64,000 bases of DNA from Vicugna vicugna (Eukaryota), in the NCBI GenBank assembly GCA_013265495.1, contig MU058793.1:250001-314000 (forward strand), read 5' to 3'. Position 1 is the first letter of the stretch. Each line of letters begins with the position of its first letter. Shown one piece after another: positions 38,561-49,072 of the stretch. A program made the position numbers and the translations under genes. The notes below the pieces were generated by a model. It saw only the letters and a program-made list of their open reading frames with translations. It was not told the origin of the DNA and searched no databases.

Positions 38561-40656
38561 AAAAATAATAAACTGCAAATGGATCCTCCCTTCCAAAAAA
38601 AGAAACAAAATACATTAGTATGGTTGAACATATACATAATGTACAAATAAATATGTACATATATAAATAAATATATTCAGGGTGAATTGTTGAAAGTATT
38701 TCTAAAACAAGTCTCTGAGATCTAGCCATATTACTACATAGATCTAATTATTTTGCCCAGACTCCTGTATAGGGCTACGTTATTCGAATATACCACAGTA
38801 TATGCATCTATTCACCTGTATTAAATTTGGGCTGCTTCCAGTTTTTACTGCTACATACAATGATGCAGTAAATGTGTATGATTTGCTTTCTTCCAGACTC
38901 ATGACTTCTTGGTAAAGCCTGGTGATGGGAACTTATTCTGACCTTGTCTGGCTTTGAGTACTGCACAGAGCTAGGACTCAAAATTGAGACCCAGACACAA
39001 CTGGGCCATTGCTACATTATTCTTGGCTGACTGCAAATGTGCTTTATCTGCCTTGATGACAAATGTATTACACTGAAAATTTCCATGAGTTTCAGAAGAC
39101 AAAGGGGAAAAAAAAAGTCTCAAAGACTTGACTATAGGAATCTATGGGAAAAAAAAAAACTAATTTGATGTGCCTCAGACTCCCCTTCTTCTTACCTGTC
39201 CCCAGATGTCCTCCCTGGTGCTTTGGAAGGTGACCCGCCTCACCTCCCCACCCCCACTCATGCTAGCTGGCTTCTACACCGTCTAATTGGACTGCAGCTT
39301 TTCCTGCCTCGTGTATCTTTGATTTTATGCAGGATTCTGGAAGCTCTGTGAACCTGTACTCTGATTTGAATTTTTAAAGCAGGCCAGTATTTGTGCATTT
39401 AGAAGCAATATTCTCCTTTCTACCATCCCCTATGGTATGAAAAAACGAATATTTTCAACTCTGAGTTACCTGCATGAATAGTCTTTTATCTCTCCTATTT
39501 TGGGGGCAGTTTCTCCATCCCTTAGCTTTTCTCTTTCTCCCGCACCCCACTTCTATCTTAATATAATTTACTGGGTTGGGGGCCAAGGAGTATTCAATGG
39601 CCCGTGGGAACTGATTCACATCAGGTATGTGCATGTTGCTTTTTTCTCCTTTTTTCTCCTTTTTCTTGAGTTTTAGGTTGATTTGACCCAAATCATTCTC
39701 ATCCTTGGTGCCAAAAGTGAAACATTAGTTTGACCTATAGGGTCAATGCTTTAACTGCCATAAAGCTATAAGTATTGTAAGGGCTTGTTCTAGTCACTAA
39801 TAGAACTCCACACCTAGAATACAGCAGATATCCAATAATATTCACTGAATGGATGAATAAACGAACAACAAAGCACTGAGGTGGGAGGTAGCACCTCCAG
39901 TAACTGGGCCATTTAGACTCAGTATGTAGGAGCAGAGTCCTAAGTGAGAGATTCCTAAACCATAAAACTGGGACACTAAAGTATACAGAGATTGGGGGCA
40001 CTTCCTTCACTTTTCAGATTGTATCTTTAATATTGTTTAGTTGCTAAAGAGATAAGACTGTTATTACACACAGCATTTTCTCTAGAATGAAACTGGGAAC
40101 AAAAAAAGTCATCCTGAGATCTTGATTCAGAACAGCCAGAGTCTCAGTCTTCTAGACCCCCTTTTACTGAGTCTTTAGACATGACACTGGTCTGTTGAGC
40201 TTCAGTTTGATCATCTACACAACAACAACAACAGCAAAAAACATGGCATTTCCTTTACAGGGTGGTTACACTGATTAGATGAGGAATTATCGTAACCTTA
40301 AGTAATGATCAATGTTCAATAAATTCGCGTTCTTTTCTCCATTTTTCCTTCTTTTCCCTTAGCCAAGGTGATTCTGTTATTGAAATGCTGAAGGGACCTC
40401 TTTAGAGGATGGCTTCATGGCACAGAATTAAATGACTGCTGTAGAGCTAATTTATGATATATTTGGGGTGGGGTATTTGGAATTAAAGAAATGGCAACTT
40501 GTACATGGATCCTGGAGAAAGATTTCTAAGAGCTAGATTATTTTGCTCATTAATAGGAATTGTACTTCTCTTCATGTTGTTAGCTTCATAGACCCGTGAT
40601 ATTGTATGTAGGTATACATACATATACATACACATACATGTCTTTACTTTCACAAC

Positions 40657-41080
40657 TATTGTAGGTTGAATTATATCCCCCTCAAAAAAGATATGTTCAG
40701 ATCCTAACCCCAGGTACTTGTGAATGTGGCTTTATTTAGAAACAAGATCTTTGCATATGTAATCACATTAAAATGAGATTGTATGGGATTAGGATGGACC
40801 CTAAATCCAATGACAAGTTTCCTTATAAGGAGAAAATGATTTGGAGATACAGAGACACATGGCGAGAAGACAGCAGGTAAAAATGGAGGATTGGAGTTAT
40901 GCTGCCAAAGAAATACCTACCCAATGCTGGAAGAGGCAAGAAAGGATTCTAGCCTTTGGAAGGAACACGGCCCTGCTGGCACCTTGACTCCAGACGTCTA
41001 TTCTACAGAACTGCTTGAGAATAAGTTTCTATTGTTTTAAGCCAACTTAGTTCATGTGGCAGCCATAGGCAACTAATGCA
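40657..41080 (+). mobile_element. MLT1C-like solo LTR abutting the right inverted-repeat arm
   Basis: TGTAGGTTGAATTATATCCCCCTCAAAAAAGATATGTTCAGATCCTAACCCC...GCTGGAAGAGGCAAGAAAGGATTCT...GGCCCTGCTGGCACCTTGA...AACTAATGCA. Confidence 0.88.
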
Positions 41081-41085
41081 GTAAA

Positions 41086-41808
41086 CTACTTGAATTTTTC
41101 ACAGTTTTATAGATTTTTACACTGATCTTGTATTGACTGAAAAGGCAATGGAATTCATTGAAACAAACTCATGTTTGATTGTGATTATTATCCATATATA
41201 GGCTATCAACTTTTATCAATCATCAATTTTATGGCTCACACACTGCTTTCTCAAACCTTATCTTGTCTGACCCTGATGATGGCATTTCAAGATAAGGAAG
41301 GCAGGTAATAGCATTTCCATTAGACCAATGAGAGAGACTAAAGGTCACACAGTAAGAACGAGACCCAAGGCTTGAATCTAGGACACCTGCTTCAGTTTCA
41401 TCTGTGTTTGACTAAACCCCGTTGCCCTGTTCTGGAAACACTTCAGACCAACGTTTCCCAGGCCCCACATGAACTCTACAACATAACCAACATGTGGGTG
41501 CTGGGCATGTGCTGAGTTCTCTGGAAAGCAGAGGCAAGGCAAGGATTGCAGTGCTGGTGTTGCACCTGGGAGCCGCAAGCTTGCAGTGGTGAAGGTGAGG
41601 AAAAAGGAAAGGATGCAAAGCAATGGAGGAGATGGCCTGCTGGACTGGCCACCTCGTCTCAGCGAGCCACAGTGTAAAACAGCAGACCCCTCAGCGAGTA
41701 AATGTGCTGGGCACACTGGACTTTTCCAGAGGGACTCCACGGAAGAAGCACAGGATGACGGAAAGAGGGGAACATTATCTTCCTGTCTTCCCCCTGACTC
41801 TTGCTTCC
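41086..41808 (-). repeat. Right arm of 723-bp inverted duplication
   Basis: Reverse complement of 37409-38131. The ORF track independently shows near-identical peptides at 37477..37839(+) and 41378..41740(-). Confidence 0.97.
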
Positions 41809-42661
41809 AAATGGTCTCATGATTTAAATGAAACTAGAAACCTATGAGTTCTCCTTTACTACTGGGGTTGATTTTGAGATGAATCTCAGAGGGGCTTCTC
41901 TTGTGATCTCTTCAATGTATCCCTACAGGAAATAAAATGGTGCACATTATAGAATGAAAATGTCAATTTTCTTTGTATGTGTGTGCATTTTTAAGATAAA
42001 ACTGTAGATCTGAAAGATAATAGAAAGTCACAAAGGATAAGGGTAATAACTATCAATATATCTACCTTATTTGCTATATATCTTTTTTAAAGAAATAAAA
42101 TATTACAGATAAGCATGAAATAGCTAATGTTTCCCCCAATCCTTCTTTTGAGGGAATCATTCTCCTAACTTCTGAGTGTAGCTAATCCATGTTTTATACT
42201 TTTTCTACCGTATTTATAATATACTATATGTATATATGAATATATATACAAATAGTAGGTGTATAATACATATATCCAATATACACCTGTGTGTATATGT
42301 GTGTGAATGTATGGGTATAAATATGTTTGTGTACGTGTGTGTGTATATTTATATATAGGTAAATGAGAAAGACTCAAATAGTCAAATGCTGTACTGGTTA
42401 AATAAATTATAGCCATGAAATACTATGCAGCAATTTTTTTAAAATTGAGACAGGGCTATACAGTAATGGAAAGTTGTGTGAGATTTACTGTCAAATGAAC
42501 CAAAGCAAGTTCCTAAACAGTGTGAGTTGCCTGATGTTGTTTGTTATATACCACACTTCTTACACACATGGAATATGTCTGGAAGGATGCATAAGAAAGC
42601 AGACAAAGAGGGGAGATTTTATTTTTCTCTTTATATCCTTTGGTCCTTAAAATAATTAGAA

Positions 42662-42792
42662 GGGGGGAAGTGTATAGCTAGGTGGTAGAGCGCATGCCTA
42701 GTATGCATGAGGTCGTGGGTTCAATCCCCAGTACCACCATAAGCAAATAAACAAACAAACCAACCAACCAACCAAATTACCTCGCCCATAAC
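42662..42792 (+). mobile_element. tRNA-derived SINE, camelid vic-1 type
   Basis: GGGGGGAAGTGTATAGCTAGGTGGTAGAGCGCATGCCTAGTATGCATGAGGTCGTGGGTTCAATCCCCAGTACC contains Pol III A-box (~42674) and B-box (~42717) motifs, followed by an A/AAC-rich tail. TSD AAAATAATTAGAA (42649-42661) / AAAAAAATTAGAA (42793-42805). Confidence 0.85.
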
Positions 42793-43529
42793 AAAAAAAT
42801 TAGAATGCATTACTTTTCTAATTAAAAGATACTAACAAAAAGCAGGGTCTGCAGCATGAGTTCTCCCAGTCAGGGCAGCGAAAGAGACTCCAGGATTGAA
42901 GTAAGAGGAAACAACGTAGAGTGGTACTGGCAGATGGTGCAGTTTGAATCAAGAGAAGTGAATTTGAGTCCTGCTTCTGCCATTGAACATCAGACGTCCC
43001 CAAGCTTTTCCACCTGGCAGAGAGGTTCCTAACTGATCCGTCTTACCTGCCTCTCTGGATCTCTCCCCATCTCCCACCCTGGCTTATCCACCCTTGCCCA
43101 CTCCATGCTGTTTTCTCTCTTTGTCCCTGTACTCACGCCTCTTCTTCTACCTGGATGCCTTCTGCCACATCATTTGCCTGACTAGCTGTAGATATCATCG
43201 CCCCGAAGCAGCTGGAGGACTTGGCTCTGTATGCCCAGCACACCCGCTGCATTCTGCTCCCCTCATAGGCACTGCCTGTGCACCACCTGCTCCCCCATAG
43301 GACTCTCAGCTCCTGGAGGGGAGCGGCTACGGCTGATTGATCTTTGTGGCTGGCCTATGGTGCACACTAGTAAAAGCATTTTTTTAACTAAATATTTAGC
43401 TATGTGCCAGTTACCTCCTCTATAAAATGAGGAAGCTGCATTATATTTAGTTCAATTCAGCAAGTATATACCAACACCTTCAGTATCCTAAGCACCGCAC
43501 TTGGCTCTAGAAAGAACAGAAAAATGGAT

Positions 43530-43546
43530 GCAGCCCTCTAGTGGGA
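43530..43546 (-). promoter_or_regulatory. Candidate CTCF site
   Basis: Minus strand reads CCCACTAGAGGGCTGC, matching the CCASYAGRKGGC core. Motif match only. Confidence 0.3.
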
Positions 43547-45486
43547 AGGAGGTCCTAAGGTCCCTAAAAATCCAGTCTTCTAATTCTCACAACCAGAATC
43601 GAAAAGATACAAGTTCAATTTTTGGCTCTGCCCTGACTGCTGAATGATCCTGGGAGCATCATTTTACCCACATGGGGAAGTGGTGGGAAACACACTGAAC
43701 GAGCTTGCCTGATCTCTCCAAGGCGTGGAGGAGGGGAGTACTCTTTTTCCTGATATTACAATATACTGTGATAGGATTTACTGCTCTCTAATCATGCAAT
43801 CTACATAATTTATCCTTTTAAAATGAGCCATAATCCCCAAAGAGTGCTTCCCTATTGATATCAAATATAACAGGGTATTTCTAAGGACGTGGAAGCACCA
43901 CTGCTATACATTAACCTACACAAAATCAATCCATTTCCAAGTTAAGCACACCCCTAAAAAATCACTAATGGAGCTTTGTGTAGTTTGTTCATGCAATGTG
44001 CAGTCAGGAATCATGCATAATGTAATAGTGCAAATGCTAAAAGCAGCTCCCACAAACTAATTTAATCTTGGTTTAATGGACATAGGGAACCGATCTTCAA
44101 AAGAGACTGCCAATGAGATTCTTGGGGGCCTCCCAGCAGCCTGAAAGCCAGCACCAATATTAGCTTTTGGTTAGTTCCCCCTTTCAACTAGTGCATATTA
44201 AAGGCAATCCAATATTGTCATTGAAATTATGAACAACTTGTGTCAACTTTCATGGCCTATGTAATATAGATGTCTCCGTGTATTTGCATAGATCTCTGGG
44301 ATTGAAATTTTGCTCTCTCTGCCTTTTCGACCATTGGCTTCTATCTCAGTCAAGGAAATCTTTTAGACTCTGGAAGATCAGAAAGCTCAGCTGTATCCAC
44401 AGCCCCCAGGCCATGCCAGAGAGACAATGTCTGAACAAAGATCCAGGATGTGAAGCCTGTATACAATCAAAGGGATCAGAATCACTCTGCTGTAGCTTGT
44501 CTCCAAGGGACCTCCAAAGCCCCTAAACATGTACCTCCCACCTGACACGAGTAGAGAAAGAGAAGCACTTGCCCACGCAGACACGACTGCACGTGCACAC
44601 GTGAGCACAAACACACAAACACACGCACACAGATAAACTCCCTCACTGCGAGATGAGTTTCTATCAGATATCTAACATCAAGTCTAGCAAAGTAGATTGA
44701 GGAAAGCTGAGAGCCTTTTTAGTTCAAGCCACATATTTTGTTTCAAATGAATGTTGCTAATTTGGCTTCAGACTGTTAAAGCTAACCTATGGAGTAAGCA
44801 GAGAGCACACAGCACTGGTAGGCAGTCAGAATATACAGTGTGTGGATAGGGAGGGGCAGCAGAGAGCTGGACTTGGAAATGGAAGAGATAGAAGGGAGGG
44901 CTGAGGAGCTGATACCACAATTTTGCAAGTTCAGGGAAAGTTAATGAAATAAGAAATGGAGGTTAACCAATGTTATTTGGAGTTAAAAGAGGCAACTAAC
45001 AGAATGCAATGATATAAATTTCAAACACTAGGAGGGGAACATAAAGGGGAGAGGTCGATAAGGGCGAGCTAATCCTCATCTTCCATATTGAGGAGTTAAT
45101 AGACACTGACTGAGTGATAAATCAACAAATGGAGTTGCGGAAGCAGTCACCAAAAGAGCAAAAACCAGAAACATTAAATGGATTTTGTCTCTATAAGACT
45201 GGAGATGGTCAGGGGTGCTCTGCTTGTGCTTCTGTCTATATTATTTAGTTTGTTATAATGCACAAACTACAATTTGATTTAAAAAATGGTAAGTAGGTGC
45301 TTCTGGGAAGCTGAGCTGGGGATATGGAGAGATGGAACAAGACATTGTTGCTTTTCCTGAAAATCAGCTGGACTATTTGTGTAAAACCATGAGTAGGTGG
45401 AGTAGGACACATTATTATTTCCATGCGCAACTGAAAAATTTTTGAACAATTACACAATAAGCTGTTAATAGTGACTACCTCTAAAG

Positions 45487-45694
45487 CAATAGTGTCCAAC
45501 ATACTTTCTATGATAACAGAAATAACCTATTTCTGCTCTGTTCAATACAGTAGCCACTAGCCACCTGTGACTGTCGAACACTTGAAATGTGGCTAGTGCA
45601 ACTGTGGAACTGGATTTTTCATTTTAGTTTATTTTAATCCATTTAAATTTAAATATCAACATGGAGCTAGTGGATACCATATTGGGTAGCACAG
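45487..45694 (+). mobile_element. MER3 hAT-Charlie MITE within an old L1 3' end
   Basis: GTGTCCAAC...TACAGTAGCCACTAGCCACCTGTGACTGTCGAACACTTGAAATGTGGCTAGTGCAACTG...GCTAGTGGATACCATATTGGGTAGCACAG. Confidence 0.92.
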
Positions 45695-46389
45695 CTAGAG
45701 AATCATATGGAGATGTGAAAGACTTTCTTTTTATCACTCTCTACATTTCTATGTTTTTTGGAATTCTTGCAATATGAATAAGATACTTGTATAATTTAGA
45801 AACCTCAAAACTTTTTAATTTGAAAAAATTGAAAAAGCAAGAAAAAGGAAACAATCATAAAGCAATGCATTGAAAAGTAAGAATTCTACAAAATGGATTA
45901 AAATATTCTGAGAAAAATAACTAGGCAGATAAATAAACAGGTACTCTTTGGGATGCTTTTAGTCTTTGAGCCTTTTGCATGAATCTCCAGAGCAAATATT
46001 CCTGCATTATCTCCTTACACCACAAGCAGTTAGGTTACAGCTGTCTCCACTCTGCTAAATTAATTACTACTCTGTATTCTGTTTTCAATTTTTCAAAAAT
46101 TCCTTGACATCTCTCATCTGTGTCCTCTCCTCACTGTCTTTATTGGCATAGATCTAGATATGTATATAGAGATATAGTTTTTATTCCCTTACTCTCATGT
46201 GAAGGAGAGCATATATACTTCATATATATATATATACTTCAACCCAAGGGGGAAAAGTTGCCAAGAATTAGCAGCAATATGATCTGTGGCATCTATTTCC
46301 TAACCTGGTCCCTTTTCATTCATCAAGATTCCACCATCTGGAACCTGATTGTCTCTCAATTATCAGGCAAAATAATGATTTCTACTTTT

Positions 46390-46577
46390 TAGCTGTGGAA
46401 CCCTGATAAATTACTTAATCAATAAGTAACAAGCTCAGTCTCCTCAACTATAAAGCTGAAATAATAACTGAACTGACCTCACAGGCTTGTGGTGAGGATG
46501 AAATAAGTTATTGCACAAAAACGGGCTTAGCACAGACCTGGCAAATAGAAAGCACTCGATACAGAGTAGCTGCTGTT
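46390..46577 (+). mobile_element. MIR SINE
   Basis: GCTCAGTCTCCTCAACTATAAA...ACCTCACAGGCTTGTGGTGAGGATGAAATAAG...GCTTAGCACAGACCTGGCA. Confidence 0.8.
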
Positions 46578-47170
46578 TTAAATATAACAAAACTAAGAAT
46601 TCTCTGCCCTGACGGTACAAGGTAAGAGATTTCCAGCTTCCTAGCTCTTAAAGTATCAATCCATCTTTTTCTCTTTTGTGATCTGTCAAACCACTTCAGA
46701 ATTATTATAAAATTAAAAGGTACAGTTGCTTTTTAGAGAAATGGCAGATAATAAAATGATAAAAACATGTGGATAAGCAATATTTTTCAATGCAAAATGA
46801 TTTACATAAGTAGGAAATGGCCTGTTTCACATGTAGCTCATCTCTTTACACAAAGAATAGACACAATCAGGTTGTAAGAAATCATATCCATTACACAGAG
46901 GATGAGGCCATCAGAAGAGTCGAGTCCCTTATCCACATCCAAACATGAAGGCCATTTCCAAACAGTTTCTCCCTCCCTTTTTTTTTTTTTTTTGAAATAC
47001 CTTTTTTTTTTAATTATAAAAGGAACATATACATGTGAAAAATAATTCAGAAAATAAGGGTAAAAATAAATTTCATTGATAATCCTGACACCTAAAACCA
47101 CCAAGTATAGACTGTTAAAATTTTGATATATAAAAATTTTGAAAGGATATGCATGTATTATTTAAATCTA

Positions 47171-47498
47171 TATGTGGAATAAAAAAAAGTGACACAAATA
47201 AACTTATGTACAAAATAGAAAGACTCACAGACATAGAAAATAAACTTATGGCTACCAGGGGGAAATGGGGTAGGGAGGGATAAATTGGGAGTCTGGGATT
47301 TGCAGATACTAACTAATATATATAAAATAGATAAACAACAAGTTTATACTGTACAGCACAGGGAACTATATTCAATATCTTATAGTAACCTATAATGAAA
47401 AAGAATATATGTATGTATACGTACAACAGAAACATTATGCTGTCCACCAGAAACTGACACAACATTGTAAAGCGACAATACTTCAATAAATAAATAAA
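47171..47498 (+). mobile_element. 5'-truncated L1 3'UTR inserted in older L1ME sequence
   Basis: Typical artiodactyl L1 3'UTR (...CAGCACAGGGAACTATATTCAATATCTT...CACCAGAAACTGACACAACATTGTAA) with (TAAA)n tail. TSD TAAATCTA at 47163-47170 and 47499-47506. Confidence 0.9.
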
Positions 47499-47619
47499 TA
47501 AATCTAACTAAAGTCGAAATATATATGAAATAAAGTATGTATAAAAATATAGTAGACATATAATTACAACTCTGAACTCTAAAAATATAACTTAGACAAT
47601 ATATAACTTCACAAATATA

Positions 47620-48160
47620 GACATAAATAGGATCATATAGTCCATAATGATCTAAGTCATCCTTTTATTCAACTATACAGTATGGATCTTTCTGTATCAA
47701 TAGGTTTATATAGGTGTCTTTTTAAATTAATATAATGTTCTCATATATGCCATAATTTTTTATCCATCCCTTACTGATGGACATTGTTTCCCATTGTTGT
47801 TGGTTGTTTTGTTTGATTTTACTATCTAACCTTTTTTTCCTGATGAATATATTTGTACAATCATCTTTGTGAAATCACTGGGCGAAAGATAAGTGTGTTT
47901 TTAAGGCTCTTGATCTTTACTGCCAAAAACCTCAGGAACTGAGCAAGTTACCCTTCCACTAGAGGCTAACAAGAGTACCATCTCCCCACTCTGACCTGCA
48001 TTGGTTATCAGTCATCTTATTTTGGCCAAACTAGTGGATGAAAAAATAATACCTGCTTCTTGTTTCAATGTTGATGCAGTTTGATTTGATTATTCTGCTT
48101 ACTAGTGGGAGTGAATATTCTCTTCATATGTCTAGTAGTCATTCCTATTTTTTTCTTTTT
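47620..48160 (-). mobile_element. L1ME-like fragment
   Basis: CCATAATTTTTATCCATCCCTTACTGATGGACATT...TACTGCCAAA...GAGTACCATCTCCCCAC are typical antisense old-L1 motifs. Confidence 0.65.
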
Positions 48161-48524
48161 TTGCTAAAGACTTACGCATCGTTCTCCATCTTGAGGAGGT
48201 GAAACACGGAATGCCCTGCACACTCCTAGACCTGCCTGTCTCAGTATCCCCTGTCCTCTAAGGCTAGCTAAAGGCACTGCACCTCCATGAAGTTTCTTCC
48301 AGAGGTTCTTCTGTGAAACTATCTTTGTGGCTTTAACAACATTCTGCCTTGTTCTACAGTTATTTGTATCATAATCTTTCTTCTCTCCCATTCAGTTAGA
48401 AGCACTGAAGAAAAGAATGGAATAGTCAGAAGGTTACATGCCATTTAAAAACATATTTATTGTGGATCTATTGGTAGCAAAGTAGACATATATATAATTA
48501 CAAATATGAACACTTATTGATTTA

Positions 48525-48883
48525 TGTATTAGGCCTAGCTCTGCCAAGTGCAGTAACAAATTAATGACGACTGTCAGCAAAAACCCAGCAAAGATATATT
48601 TCTCATGGGAAGTCCAATGTGGGACCAGTGGCCCTTCTGTATCTTGTAACTGTTCTGTCTGGAACACATCAATTCCAAGGTTGCCTTGGCAGGGAGTGAG
48701 AAAGATGGAGGAGGGGGACAGGCAGTTAAATATCTTGGCTCAGAAATGACAAGTAACCCTTCTATCAACAGGCCATTGGCCAGAACTAGTGACATGGCTC
48801 CACCCCCATTGCAAAGGAGACTAGGAAACCAAGGGAGACACAGGGAGATGGATATTCAGTGAGCATTACCTGTCTCTGCCATA
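48525..48883 (-). mobile_element. MLT1J-like solo LTR
   Basis: TGTATTAGG...CCATTGGCCAGAACTAGTGACATGGCTCCACC...TGCAAAGGAGACTAGGAAA...GTCTCTGCCATA. Confidence 0.8.
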
Positions 48884-48954
48884 ATTGGCTTCAATGTTTC
48901 ATGAATTTCATAAGCATTAACTCGTGTCTATCTAGGTAATTGGAATTATCTTGG

Positions 48955-49072
48955 TCTTCCAGATGATGACAATAAGTTCAGGGAAGTTAAGCAACTTGCT
49001 TAAGGTCTCTCAGCCAGTAAGTGGGAGAGCTGGGGTTTAAACCCCATTGGTATGATTCTGAACTCTGTACTC
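48955..49072 (-). mobile_element. MIR SINE fragment
   Basis: AAGTTAAGCAACTTGCTTAAGGTCTCTCAGCCAGTAAGTGGGAGAGCTGGGGTTTAAACCC. Confidence 0.75.

Noticed and set aside
39190..39200. Minus-strand CAG|GTAAGA donor in the spacer (possible looped-out exon)
   Set aside because: I found no convincing upstream acceptor within exon distance.
37409..41808. Large DNA transposon or foldback element with 723-bp TIRs
   Set aside because: The outer flanks (AACCAAGG / AAATGGTC) form no TSD, the spacer has no transposase, and the arms contain ordinary genomic DNA including a MIR relic.
42662..42735. tRNA gene
   Set aside because: It has A and B boxes but an imperfect cloverleaf, an A-rich tail and a TSD, so it is a SINE.
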